This document shows positions 9,801 through 18,335 of a stretch of 25,036 nucleotides of DNA, in pieces. The notes under the pieces were generated by a model. The model had not been told where the DNA came from. It saw only the letters and a program-made list of their open reading frames with translations, and made no database searches. The DNA is from a virus. Lineage: Duplodnaviria; Caudoviricetes. Within the stretch, counting starts at the first letter, position 1, and each line of letters begins with the position of its first letter. The position numbers were made by a program, and so were the translations under genes. The DNA lies in IMG/VR virus record IMGVR_UViG_3300043173_000393, positions 1 through 25,036 of that record; one strand, written 5' to 3'.

Positions 9801-10305
9801 TGCCGGTACCAACTGCGCCTACGGCACCCGCGACTGGAGCGGATACACGCTTACGTATTGCAGCAGGGGCAGCTGCACGCGCACCAACACCACCGATCCC
9901 ACCGAGAAGAGTGGCACCGAAGATAGGACCTTGTTGTCCTGCTATACCAATGACGAAATCAGTCGCGTCTTCAGCGAAGGCTCCAAGCCCTTCGGTAGTC
10001 CGGATGTCTTCGACACGACCAACACGAGGGGCGAGCTTCGCAGCCTCTGCCTGGGCCTCTCGACCAGCAGCGAGACGCTCTTCCGCGAACTCGTCAGCAC
10101 CGACTACAGCACCACCGAAGCCAAGGACATTCTGCCCGATAGATTCGAGCTGACGAAGGCCACCAGCAGTTGTGCGAGCAAGTTCCGACGTTGTTGACGG
10201 CTGCTGTTGAAACGTCGCCTGTTCCGTAATAGCTGTACGTGGTGTCTCAGCTAACGTGTTCGGAATAATACGTCGTTTCTTCCGTTGTGCATTTGTCTCG
10301 GCCAT
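3853..10305 (-). CDS. Large internal virion / DNA-ejection protein with zincin-like HExxH motif (2150 aa)
   Basis: Last of three large genes after the tail genes, the usual position of podoviral ejection proteins. Gly/Ala-rich hydrophobic N-terminal segments; EVLAHEVGH at 7051-7065 with downstream FEEWFAD; helical C-terminus with hydrophobic segments. Confidence 0.7.
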   Translation of the reverse strand: MAETNAQRKKRRIIPNTLAETPRTAITEQATFQQQPSTTSELARTTAGGLRQLESIGQNVLGFGGAVVGADEFAEERLAAGREAQAEAAKLAPRVGRVEDIRTTEGLGAFAEDATDFVIGIAGQQGPIFGATLLGGIGGVGARAAAPAAIRKRVSAPVAGAVGAVGTGIGLETGSIFGDIANDPESRENLSLREIAGISGVGGVLAGSLEALPVLSIFRRFNLGKSAARSIRGDLAKRIGKGAAGQALLEGGTEGVQTIIERAAAKFANENREILGEEGISEILNASVAGFVLGGPIGAVSGGFQKGSIEDQLDIEESLDELETTGGTSSSLDADLNDLGPVGVDIRASRFLVSETELATEPERVIERILAARVDGKLPTSRSFAQLVDAVGRLENPAQLSNILAESGIDPAIREELATALQEKAGQLEEEHISLAVDERPVSEVQETGPEEFGGPGGFQSPNVSKSFIFRNRNKKLGFIESNNPLQEIALRNTLKRLETDFPDISFDVVGLGDAIFEGLSPLAKETEAKANQALRSVAQEKLAEPGFNAAKFAPLDPNDPRAFLNQFKAIKKEEVNVVLSGRDQFRLTDSDLGGATRKTEVQVGGPVTKLDPRTKKPIGTQRAKTTVAQPSGRPIFVDREVSKDGDFNVDNKGNEQTVDAIALTNRMLSKREGEKAGSVQEIADAFFTGITALQQRGVKIGFSEGGLPDSLIIHKKPGVNGRIITWGQVKVKGAMRIRARIAAFKEHEIALLEKIKKINKDMQSSNIGAAGKKSMQRQVKKLQRRVKKIPSAIETLNIFGQSVSRDVQDLTRRLNDASELEIALGNEAEGLSDIAIEIQEIRRQLDREGFNTQASEELSDIGDELGDLDDFATGETRARRERTAPEGSLEAGEGESLTATQAVQEKFDIQKESIAKFEEERKQPAPQPRGKAPKFSAGETEINLAAEKELILKRKKDIDFSAMFTRGMRGLRKPGAEIGITQAVQDKMEVDFAAMTKKLNLDRARIETGENLFKFVNDLDIKHVIEQFAHGTAGGFTFSIDRNAPGVRQATLDLFGDDDHIVIINPFLNDDKFIIEVLAHEVGHIAFKSRFLAATPEVQNQIWKEFMQWRSDQLRQPNTPVGEVLATKQAFNLALEAISASRQPLDQLDDAMFDYVLDFEEWFADNTAKWFNPSPSLLENMTVTEEFFKSIADAFKELYQFIIDTFDHRPAPTVEAFLNDLVNHNAELQMARAKESVISGLSQSAAKVVGTDNTSIAAVFQNIDPFSSMTNYTVREVMQDNMEPDERATLFKYFNRRSVKTKLKRLLDDPAQQALIENSPLHAAVFGYQMWIAGTFKLTTPSQEQVESAGEFTDVAAPIATSTARLIGQIFQGLFDALAGRLGFVYESEEAAQILDAIRDSTFAARRAGTREFSVIKAVRGDVLQRVAQTTNDAFEHIKPFFDKAIGIADSRMLDSGIPSLIQIAQIFHARTGGEGQATTFFEARTAEIGKFMNSYTRITAELQKKPGLKKEVLRLLRNPGKASDPTAIAHASAIRKLLRRVRNYMEAGGVEIGDRGKNYFPWVFDPRKVQDNSDWFRNILADKRFDPEMEGIRKKINERIIEKALSEENLGGTAKLGPKQVPITKDQLIERMMMGLEQSEGLSDVNLNPSQAGTVPFFAAMNKRTLGFLTESGKLTASEREFFDSLFSDQLDLVMMTYIRQGVKRTEYTKRAGVRSEKILAALTNAVTEGATAAEMRMAHSYIDAMTGVIGEGTNNRIAQVLGLATRQGEVINPHWRTFTSIAMVLQNLAVLPLATFTSLVDPVGILVRSQDLNATMAALRTGATEIVAEVKLLVGGDEKKARSELRKLAEGMGTIEDHMTNEALEWEYGSTYLTPRLKATNEWFFKAIGLSQWTRVTRLMALAGGKEFIKRHVQRPNQNSERFLKQLNLDPADVKFDEQGNIRILTRLEREGDSFDSEELARDDNVRNALNRFVDESILRPNAAQRPIWASDPNYALVFHLKSFMFSFHDRILRRVFQEAELGNMAPLVLLSVFIPAMIMADVLRDFVQFGMGGNPRKAKWGLLDYIWSGAERSGVNGISQLLIDARQDIQFGGFGYESLSGPTIDGITDLGGLFSSDDEAQWNAATRNLPGQAAWKHWMENGLDES

Positions 10306-10312
10306 GTTCTCT

Positions 10313-12055
10313 CTACTGTCTCAAACCCACTTGTCCTCGAAGCCTACCGCTTGCGTCTCTCCCCCCGAGCTGAAGTTGTGACTTACCTTTCTTGTCCTTA
10401 CCGATAAGAATACCCTTCGCTCGCAAGAAGTCCTGCGTACGCTTGGGCAGTGCGCTGAAATCCACCAGCTCTTGATCATCCTCACCTTGAGTCGTACTCC
10501 GCTGTATGATCTTGCCAGTCGCTCTATCGAAGACTACTTGGTTCTCCGGATTCAACGTCACGACAGGCTCGTTACTCTCGGATAAGAAATCGAAGAGGTT
10601 ACGACCAGGGCCAAGACCAATCAGGTTTGAAAACTTCTTCACCGAAGACAGGTTAGTAATTTCTTCCGAGACAAGTCCGCTGAAGATCGCAGCCCCCGGC
10701 CCGTTGATATCTCGAATAGATCCTGCGGCGAGATTATCTTTCAACCTGTCGAGTGAAGTACCGTCATCATCCGCTGCCTCTGCAGTGGTTAGGTCTTGCA
10801 GTAATGCTCGCGACTCATCGGCAAATTGTTTTTCCCTACCCGGTCCAGCCTTTGCTGCGGCTTTCGTCAGCTCGATCTCGATCTTGTTCTGCTGAGTCTG
10901 CTCAGCTTCCTGAGTCTGGAACTGACGCTGACGGTTCGCTGCTTGCTCACGCAGCACGTTGCCGCCCGCAGCAAGCGCACCGAAGGCAGATGAGAGTCCA
11001 CCAGCTTGTGCTTGGCCTGAGAGAGTCTTCAAGATCTCTTCGTTCTGTGTTTGTCCTGGAGCCTCTTGCGCAGCGCGCAACCCCTGCGCTTCTGGTGCGA
11101 AGTTTAAGTTCGTTGTCGCACCAGTACGCTCATTCGTGAACGAGCCCGTACCCGGAGGAGGTACAACACCACCAGCGGCTGGAGCGGGAGGCCCTTCAAC
11201 CGGCGCTTGAGTGAACGCTCCACGCGCTCCACCAGGAGTACCAGGGATAGGACCTTGTTCTTGGGTGCCTCCACCCTGTCCTTGGGTAGGCTGTGGTGCA
11301 GTTGCATCCCCTATCTTGCTACCAACATTCCCCGTTATCCTATCAAATATAGATGGGCCGCGATCTCCCTGTCGAGTTGGGTCATCCGTTGGCTCATCAA
11401 CGAAGCCAAGCGAGTTAGGTGCTATCGCTCCTCGCACTGAGCCACGGAAAGCTTGTCCAAGACCCTGCCCTGCATCGCGTCGTTTACCGAAATCTTGAAC
11501 CGCTGCAAAAGGAGCAGTGAAAGGATTCTGCCGTGACAAGCGATTACCAATATCTTGCTCAGGATTCGTTACGATATCCGTTGCGAGACCTGCAACAGGG
11601 CCTGCGAGTTTACCAAGTAAGGCAGCTCCCCGCACAAAACCGCTGCCAGCGACTTTACCCGCAGCAGTTTTTGCAGCGGTGAGACCAGCGCTTGCTTTGC
11701 TCGCTCCCTTCCTTGCTACGTCTGCTGCCTGACCAGTAATCCCCGAGCCTCTGCCGAATCCCTTAGCACCTTCCTTTAGAAGACCTCCTGTCTCAGCTAC
11801 TGTCGCACCACCAAGTTCACCAAGACCGCCAGCCCCGGCTCGCGCAGCGGTACGAAATTTCCCTGCTTTGTCCTTGAATGCGTCACGTAACCTAGCAGTT
11901 GTTTTGTTGCCAGTCGTTGCGCGGGAACTTTGCGCTTGCGCTAGAGTTACCTTTGGCTTCACACCCGCTGACGCTCTTCCACTGGAAACTTGCCCCCGTG
12001 CTTGTGCGCGTGCCTGTCTTGTTCTGACTCTCTCGTCTTCAGTATGTTTGGGCAT
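10313..12055 (-). CDS. Putative internal virion/ejection protein (580 aa)
   Basis: Basic N-terminus followed by low-complexity Gly/Ala/Gln/Pro-rich segments; located directly upstream of the giant ejection-like gene. Confidence 0.6.
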   Translation of the reverse strand: MPKHTEDERVRTRQARAQARGQVSSGRASAGVKPKVTLAQAQSSRATTGNKTTARLRDAFKDKAGKFRTAARAGAGGLGELGGATVAETGGLLKEGAKGFGRGSGITGQAADVARKGASKASAGLTAAKTAAGKVAGSGFVRGAALLGKLAGPVAGLATDIVTNPEQDIGNRLSRQNPFTAPFAAVQDFGKRRDAGQGLGQAFRGSVRGAIAPNSLGFVDEPTDDPTRQGDRGPSIFDRITGNVGSKIGDATAPQPTQGQGGGTQEQGPIPGTPGGARGAFTQAPVEGPPAPAAGGVVPPPGTGSFTNERTGATTNLNFAPEAQGLRAAQEAPGQTQNEEILKTLSGQAQAGGLSSAFGALAAGGNVLREQAANRQRQFQTQEAEQTQQNKIEIELTKAAAKAGPGREKQFADESRALLQDLTTAEAADDDGTSLDRLKDNLAAGSIRDINGPGAAIFSGLVSEEITNLSSVKKFSNLIGLGPGRNLFDFLSESNEPVVTLNPENQVVFDRATGKIIQRSTTQGEDDQELVDFSALPKRTQDFLRAKGILIGKDKKGKSQLQLGGRDASGRLRGQVGLRQ

Positions 12056-12065
12056 TGTCTTCTAC

Positions 12066-13889
12066 CTATGAAACGTCTTCTTGCACCACAAGGGTATTCG
12101 CCGCGCTCTGTGCAGCCTGAATCAGGTTCTCAAAGTTTGTTACACCGCGAGAAGTTGCATCGAGTCGAACCTGTGTCTCAGATTGAAGACGACTCAGCTC
12201 AACCTTAGTAATCTCTATATCACGGTCAGCGTTATTACTAACCTGTTGCAGGAACTGAGCTGTGGCGCTATCTGCATTTGCATAGAAAGCAGCCCAGCCG
12301 TCAATCAGTGTGCGGAAGCTGTTGATATCGGAGTCATACACTTTCGTCAGAGAACCGACACGCTCTATCTCGCGGGACAGGTTAGCCGTGAACTGCCTGA
12401 TCTCACCGTCGTACCTCTGCAGGTCGAGCTTCCCTCGTTCGATATCCGTCTGGACATTGAGGTTCTCGATCTGTGTCTTCGTCGCAGCGGCTTGCACTTC
12501 AGCGGTATACGTCTGCACTTCAGTCTGGAAGACTCCGAGCTTCGTTACCTCGCCTTTGATCTGTGCTTCGAACACCTGGATCTTAGCAACCTCTGCGCCG
12601 ATGAGCGAGCTGTATGCGCTGACTTCTTCACCGAACTGCTGGATCTTCAAGCGCTGGATCTCAGCTTCGATAGACGCAGCCCGCATCTCAGTCTCGAAGA
12701 TATTCACGACAGCCTGGACTGCATTGATCTGAGCTGTGAACAGTGCAACGTCCTGCTGGTTCAACTCTGAGATCAAGCGCTGTGCTTCGATCTCAGATCG
12801 AAAGATCTCGATCTTCGCCAGCTCTGCACGCACGAGAGTCTCATGGGATTGGACCTGGGCTCCGTATGCAGCGATACGAGTATTGAACTGCCGTACCTGT
12901 GCATCGAACGAAGCGATTGAGAACTCCGAAACAAACACTGCAGCTTTGAGCGCACGTTCCTGTCTGAATCCAAACAGAGTGATGAGCAAGCTTTCAAGAG
13001 TTGTCCCATTCGAGAGAATGAATTCTCGAGTCTTGCGGAAGAGATCAGACCTGACGGTGAAGACTTCGCGCTCGCCTGCAGAGATTCTCGCCTGCGTATC
13101 TTGCTGCGCTGATCTCAGGGCATCGTCAAGAGATCCAGACGGCAAGTGGTGTCCTCGACTAGCGAAGTTCCGCAGGACTTGGGACTCGTTTGTACGGCCA
13201 CCACGAGCTTCACGATCTCTAAGTCTACCCACCAACTGCTCTTCGTCGCGTGGGTCAATGCCAAAGCCGCCATTAAGTAGATCATCCAAGTGCTGGCTTT
13301 TGATTTCATCAAGTAATTCATCTGAGAACTCAGGCTCCGAGTAGTTGAAAGGTGTGGGGGCGAACAACAACGTGTCAGCCGGGAACTGTGCAGAGAACGT
13401 CGGCAGAGCAATCGACTGCGGCGTCGGGATCACAATCTGTGCGAGCACAGGTGTCGGCGGTAGCGTGAAGTCAGGTGCCGTAGGAATCGCAACAGGCGCA
13501 ACCTGTGGCGCAGTTGGCGATGCCGGGAACGATATAATCGGCGCTGCCGGTATGAGGATCTGAGGCGAGTCACCCGGCGCATCAGGTAGAACTGGGATCG
13601 TAGCATCGCGGATATCCAGTACAGGTGGCGCAGCGACGTTGCCTGGGCTCACGAAGGAAAGACCATCCGGACGCTCCGGTTGGTTGTTGATCGCATCTGC
13701 TAGACCCGCTCCCGTAAGAATCGAAAACGTACGACTACCGGGCGGATCGAGATCGAACGCCTGTGTTACAAATGTCTGCAGATCTACGATGAACGATTCT
13801 GACTGCGCAAGCAAATGATCGATTCGCGCTTGCGCGTTAGCAATCTGCCCTGCTGCAGTATTCGGATCGCCTGCTGGTACATGTGGCAT
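12066..13889 (-). CDS. Pro-rich and long coiled-coil virion protein, putative ejection/tail-channel component (607 aa)
   Basis: TAATG-coupled to the 1477-aa gene; Pro-rich region at ~aa 70-180; heptad-patterned helical C-terminal half. Confidence 0.6.
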   Translation of the reverse strand: MPHVPAGDPNTAAGQIANAQARIDHLLAQSESFIVDLQTFVTQAFDLDPPGSRTFSILTGAGLADAINNQPERPDGLSFVSPGNVAAPPVLDIRDATIPVLPDAPGDSPQILIPAAPIISFPASPTAPQVAPVAIPTAPDFTLPPTPVLAQIVIPTPQSIALPTFSAQFPADTLLFAPTPFNYSEPEFSDELLDEIKSQHLDDLLNGGFGIDPRDEEQLVGRLRDREARGGRTNESQVLRNFASRGHHLPSGSLDDALRSAQQDTQARISAGEREVFTVRSDLFRKTREFILSNGTTLESLLITLFGFRQERALKAAVFVSEFSIASFDAQVRQFNTRIAAYGAQVQSHETLVRAELAKIEIFRSEIEAQRLISELNQQDVALFTAQINAVQAVVNIFETEMRAASIEAEIQRLKIQQFGEEVSAYSSLIGAEVAKIQVFEAQIKGEVTKLGVFQTEVQTYTAEVQAAATKTQIENLNVQTDIERGKLDLQRYDGEIRQFTANLSREIERVGSLTKVYDSDINSFRTLIDGWAAFYANADSATAQFLQQVSNNADRDIEITKVELSRLQSETQVRLDATSRGVTNFENLIQAAQSAANTLVVQEDVS

Positions 13890-16800
13890 TAGTTCTTCCT
13901 CGTCTTACGAGACAGGATGCGCAAGAGCAATCCCATCTTGTCTATCTTGAATTCTGACCCACCCTGGTTCTTTATTCCGAGCTGATAGGTGCGAGACCTA
14001 AGACCTCGTGCGCCTTTGAAACGAGCGTGCTTAACTCCTGTGGAGTTTGAGATCCGTTCAACTGGATACTCACGCACACGGGTCTGCCCATCAGGGAAGA
14101 GACGGAGAACGAGATTGCCTCCTGTGTACGCCATATACAGCCCATCAGCTTCTTTAAGATGCGCATCATCTCGATCCTCGATACCTGATAAGAACTCCGC
14201 ATCGATGTTCGTGCCATCGTCGTCGTCTCCTGCGAGCAGGAAGATCCCAGCGTCAGTGACTCCGTACGGCTGGTCATTGAATGAGACCAGATTTATGAAA
14301 TCGAAGTTCAAATAGTTGGTGGTCTCGAAGCTCTCTGTGTTCATTGCCCATACCGTTGAAGCGAGTACTGCGGTATTGACGATGGTCCCGTTTACCCGCA
14401 GGAAGGGGAGTATAACCAATCCTTCGCCCAGTGAGCCAGCGGCCAGAGGAGCCTGGGCCGGGTCTGTGCGGAAGGAGGGCAGCGTGAGCGTACCCGAGAT
14501 CAGGTTGTCTCCGTCCAGCAGACTGAGCACTTGCAGCCCTGGCAGGTTGATCGAGCCTGTAATGACCGAGCCTGTGATGATGGTACCCGTGACCTGGAGC
14601 GCACGGGGGGAGACCGAGCCGGTCGATAGGTTCGGGTTTAATATCGAGCCGGTGACTTGGAGGAACGGCAGCGTAACCTGACTAACGAGAACGGGGCCGT
14701 TACATATGATGCCGTTTACGGTGAGCGTCGGCAGGGAGACCTCATTCGTTTCATTATTGATCAGACCGTTGATCTGCAACTGCGGCATGCGCGGGTTGCC
14801 CTGGTACGCAGCCGTTGCAACAAGCGTACCTGTGACCCCGAGCAACGGTATCGTGAGATTTGCGACACCCGCGTTGCCGCGTACAATCGTCCCGTTGTGT
14901 GTCATTATCGGGAGCGTGAGCGTCCCTACAGCAGTCGCTCCAGCAAGGATGATCCCGTCAACTGTCAGAGCCGGGAGAGTGACTGTCCCCCCGAGACCAT
15001 TCGCATTGGTCTGACCAGTCGCGGAGATCGCCATGGTCATCGGCATCAAGCCGTCACCGCGATGGATATCGTTCGATCCCGTGGCAACAATCGCCATGGT
15101 CATAGCAGGTACGGCATCGCCATGCTTCGCAGGATTCGATCCCGTGGCAGCAATCGCCATAGTCATTGGCATCAAGCCATCGCCATGCTTCGCAGGATTC
15201 GAACCCGTGGCGACAATTGCCATGGTCATAGCAGGTACGGCATTGCCGTGCTTCGTATCATTCGATCCCGTTGCAGCAATCGCCATGGTCATCGCTGGTA
15301 CGCCAACGCCGGTATGCAAATTATTTTGTCCAATCGCAGCAATCGTCATGGTCATAGCAGGTACGCCAACACCATGGTGGACAGCGTTGTCTCCCACTGC
15401 AGCAATCGCCATGGTCATTGGTAACGCACCAACACCATGGTGAACTGAATTCAATCCCACTGCGGTAATCGCCATGGTCATCGGCACCAAGCCAGCGCCA
15501 TGATGTGCGGTATGTCCAGTCGCAGCAATCGCCATGGTCATCGGCATTAAGCCGTCACCGCGATGGATATTGTTCAATCCCACTGCAGCAATCGCCATGG
15601 TCATCGGCATCAAGCCAGCACCAGTATGCAAAACAGCTACGGGAAGGCCAGAGAACCCGGATGGAGCTGCTTGATTAAATTCTGAGGTTTGCGCCCTCAG
15701 AATCGTAGTCATGATGTGATCTTCTTTTACCTGAGCACCGAAGACCAGATCTTCCCCTGCGTCTGCCGTCGTTGCAGACTCACCAGTCCCCGCAGCTGGA
15801 TCTCCACCACCCTCCCACGTACCGTTGAGGCCAACCCACACCTTCGCGGGACTGACGGTCGTATCGATGGCGAACATGACGTAGTCGCCAACAACTGATA
15901 GGTAGTTTAGGGTAGCTGTGATGGCGATGGCCGAGCCATCGTTCCTGACGTTACCTTCTTGGAACGTGCTATTTTGATCGTCGTATTGGAGGATGACACC
16001 ATCCAGACCAGACAGAATGCTCGAAGTAACAGCGGAGTTGTCCGATGTTTGCGGAACAAAGCCAGCATAGCGTTGTTGTAAAGCTGGTCCTGGGTCTGTA
16101 AGTAGCTCTAGCTCACAGTAGACCTTCGCGCCGCCTCCGCTGTTCCCAGGGATCGTAGTACCAGTCTTCGTCCACCGGCCTGTTGTTGATGCTTGTGCAG
16201 GCCAAACACCTGAAGCAGTTCGGTTATCACCAAATACTGCCGCAGCTAAATGACTGTATGGGCCAGCCGTACTGAAGTCACCGTCGCTTGATTGCCAACG
16301 TCTCCAACCCGGATCTGTAGCTGACCACCCTGCGTAGCGTGTGTCTGTTTCGAGCGTCGTCCATCCCGAAGGAATCGCGATTCGTGTCTCAGGACCAGGG
16401 AGCAGTACATAACTTGAATCATGCGCACCCCCTCCGTTAGTCTGGAACACGCCATAGAGAGGAGCGCCGAATGTCAAGCCAGAGAAAGCTGCGTTCGTAA
16501 CAGTACCTGCGGCAAGTTCTGCGTCTGTCGCACCGTTTTGCCAAACGCCATTCTTCCCGAACCAGATCGCGCCAAGGTCGAAATCAACAGCGACAGAGAC
16601 AATATCGTCGTCAGTTTGTGTAGTACCGTACGCGCTCTTGATTGAGTTCGTAACTTTGTTCGCATCGTTCTCAAATGCCCATGAGACGAGAGAATTACCA
16701 GGGGAGACACTTGAGGGTGCGGGTGCTTCTGTTACACCAATACGCGCATCCTGTTGGCGTTCATCTACGAATACTTCGAAAATAATCTTCTGACCATCAC

Positions 16801-18322
16801 TGATCGTAGGCTTGATACGTTCTACTGGTGCGGTGGTTGTATCAGCACGAGCGACTAATCCATCCTGGGAATATTTTACATCGTTGAAGCTTGGATCCCA
16901 CATCGCCCGAGCACCCGGATCGATGTGAACCTCATCATCCATACCCGAGTCACCGAACTGAGTCGGTGGCCCTTCTGTAGATTGCGAAGGTCTGGTTGTA
17001 GCGATGTCGACGTCAAAAGCATTCGGACCTAAGTCACGATAACCGTTATGATCAAGCGCAATGTAGAAGTGCAGATCGGTGCGTTCAAGTAAGAGATCTG
17101 GTTTGTGTTGAATCTCTGTAATCTCAGCGAGTGTCAGCACGCCTTTGACACCAGCCACATGCGCTATCTTGCCGTTAAACTGAGAAGAACCAGCGGGGAG
17201 GCGATCACCAATATGGATATCGTCTCCGCTGTCTAGCATCCCGGTGCCACCGATAGTATCTGTTGCTATCTCAACACCATCTACGATCAGCTTGATGCCG
17301 TCTGTTGCACCGAGGTCAATGACGCCAGCCATTGCATGCCATGTACCAGACGCATCAGCGAGACCGACGCCGATCAGGTCCCAACTCCCAAATCCGGAAC
17401 CTGAACTACGACCAACGAAACGCGGAGCGTATGGAGTCCCCGAGCTGTTTTCCGCAATTAGAGCGAAGGCAGTCAGTGAAAGTGTTGAGCCAACGAGCCA
17501 AGCATCAATGTTACCGACGTCATCGTTGTTCCAACAAAATACTGTGTACTCATTGAGAGTACTGACAGGATCTGCAGAAACGTCGAAGGTCAGTCGATCA
17601 GTTGAGCCGTCGAAGTCATGTGATGCAGTGGCACCGTCTAGGAGAGTGGGTGCGTTTACTTCCGATCCTGTTTCGTTGGTTAATACATTCGCCCAAGTAA
17701 CTGCGTTGGCATGATCACCATAGTCGATCTTGTCATCGTAGCCGCGAAGGTGACTGATATTCGAAAAGCCAGCGCCGACGTAAGCTTCTGGATTCCATCG
17801 CAGCGCACGTAACTCATCAATTGTCAGTGCGGTCTGGAACGCCATGGCGTTCGAATAATTACCACTAGCATGGAAACCGCTGCCGAGTCCGTTGAAGAAA
17901 CCGACATTGAAGTCGTGGTTGTTGTTTTGTACTAAGCCACTAGATGATGCGCCATCTGGAAAGATGACGTCGTTGTCGATCATAAAGAAAGCATTGTCTG
18001 GATCAGCAGAGTCGTAGACTAGCGCGAGAAAGTGCCAATCTGTCTGACCGCGAGCAGTTGTTGTTTTGGTATCAGTGTATGCGCTAGAGCCTCCTACGGC
18101 TGAGATGTTGGCGACGAACGTATCAGCAGGCGAAGCGGTCTCCACCTTGAAGGCCATACCCGCTTGGGTAGTATTGTCGCGGAGATTAAGGATGTGGTCG
18201 TCACTGCCACCATGACCACCAGAAGATTTGTACCAAACACAAATAGTGGCGGCGGCTACACCTTCAAACCGATCTGCGCCAGTAAACGCAGCCCATGTTG
18301 GTGTGCCGACAAGGATACTCAT
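13889..18322 (-). CDS. Multidomain tail/receptor-binding protein: 2x LamG-like, 2x SPRY-like, ~20 x 21-aa repeats, nozzle-like C-terminal domain (1477 aa)
   Basis: LamG-like motifs DWHFLALVYD...ALTIDEL and TWHAMAGV...KLIVDGV...FNGKIAHV...LTLAEI; SPRY-like motifs DIVSVAVDFDLGAIWFGKNGVWQ and GDYVMFAID...KVWVGLNGTW; repeats visible in both protein and DNA. Confidence 0.8.
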   Translation of the reverse strand: MSILVGTPTWAAFTGADRFEGVAAATICVWYKSSGGHGGSDDHILNLRDNTTQAGMAFKVETASPADTFVANISAVGGSSAYTDTKTTTARGQTDWHFLALVYDSADPDNAFFMIDNDVIFPDGASSSGLVQNNNHDFNVGFFNGLGSGFHASGNYSNAMAFQTALTIDELRALRWNPEAYVGAGFSNISHLRGYDDKIDYGDHANAVTWANVLTNETGSEVNAPTLLDGATASHDFDGSTDRLTFDVSADPVSTLNEYTVFCWNNDDVGNIDAWLVGSTLSLTAFALIAENSSGTPYAPRFVGRSSGSGFGSWDLIGVGLADASGTWHAMAGVIDLGATDGIKLIVDGVEIATDTIGGTGMLDSGDDIHIGDRLPAGSSQFNGKIAHVAGVKGVLTLAEITEIQHKPDLLLERTDLHFYIALDHNGYRDLGPNAFDVDIATTRPSQSTEGPPTQFGDSGMDDEVHIDPGARAMWDPSFNDVKYSQDGLVARADTTTAPVERIKPTISDGQKIIFEVFVDERQQDARIGVTEAPAPSSVSPGNSLVSWAFENDANKVTNSIKSAYGTTQTDDDIVSVAVDFDLGAIWFGKNGVWQNGATDAELAAGTVTNAAFSGLTFGAPLYGVFQTNGGGAHDSSYVLLPGPETRIAIPSGWTTLETDTRYAGWSATDPGWRRWQSSDGDFSTAGPYSHLAAAVFGDNRTASGVWPAQASTTGRWTKTGTTIPGNSGGGAKVYCELELLTDPGPALQQRYAGFVPQTSDNSAVTSSILSGLDGVILQYDDQNSTFQEGNVRNDGSAIAITATLNYLSVVGDYVMFAIDTTVSPAKVWVGLNGTWEGGGDPAAGTGESATTADAGEDLVFGAQVKEDHIMTTILRAQTSEFNQAAPSGFSGLPVAVLHTGAGLMPMTMAIAAVGLNNIHRGDGLMPMTMAIAATGHTAHHGAGLVPMTMAITAVGLNSVHHGVGALPMTMAIAAVGDNAVHHGVGVPAMTMTIAAIGQNNLHTGVGVPAMTMAIAATGSNDTKHGNAVPAMTMAIVATGSNPAKHGDGLMPMTMAIAATGSNPAKHGDAVPAMTMAIVATGSNDIHRGDGLMPMTMAISATGQTNANGLGGTVTLPALTVDGIILAGATAVGTLTLPIMTHNGTIVRGNAGVANLTIPLLGVTGTLVATAAYQGNPRMPQLQINGLINNETNEVSLPTLTVNGIICNGPVLVSQVTLPFLQVTGSILNPNLSTGSVSPRALQVTGTIITGSVITGSINLPGLQVLSLLDGDNLISGTLTLPSFRTDPAQAPLAAGSLGEGLVILPFLRVNGTIVNTAVLASTVWAMNTESFETTNYLNFDFINLVSFNDQPYGVTDAGIFLLAGDDDDGTNIDAEFLSGIEDRDDAHLKEADGLYMAYTGGNLVLRLFPDGQTRVREYPVERISNSTGVKHARFKGARGLRSRTYQLGIKNQGGSEFKIDKMGLLLRILSRKTRKN
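14372..14995 (-). repeat. Degenerate protein-level repeat: ~10 units of ~21 aa, consensus GxxxLPxLxVxGxI
   Basis: Units include GTVTLPALTVDGII, GTLTLPIMTHNGTI, ANLTIPLLGVTGTL, SQVTLPFLQVTGSI and GLVILPFLRVNGTI; little DNA-level identity is visible. Confidence 0.8.
15005..15631 (-). repeat. Coding tandem repeat: 10 units of 63 nt (one of 60 nt), consensus x(H/K)xGxG(L/V)(MP/PA)MTMAIAAxGxN
   Basis: The core atcgccatggtcat (with variants) recurs every 63/60 nt; 627 nt = 9x63 + 60; in frame within the 1477-aa CDS (aa 898-1106). Confidence 0.95.
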
Positions 18323-18335
18323 CTAGAGCAAACCT

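Noticed and set aside
3853-10305. Giant ORF as an N4-like virion RNA polymerase or tape-measure protein
   Set aside because: It is much shorter than N4 vRNAP, I recognise no polymerase catalytic motifs, and there are no tail tube or tail chaperone genes to support a tape measure.
14657-15443. Plus-strand ORFs of 255 and 136 aa with repeats (RHGHR, IAMVI)
   Set aside because: They are antisense shadows of the coding repeat, with no SD or independent evidence.
15005-15631. Regularly spaced repeats as a CRISPR array
   Set aside because: Units are multiples of 3, in frame in a CDS and vary at codon level; the 'spacers' resemble each other; no cas genes are present.
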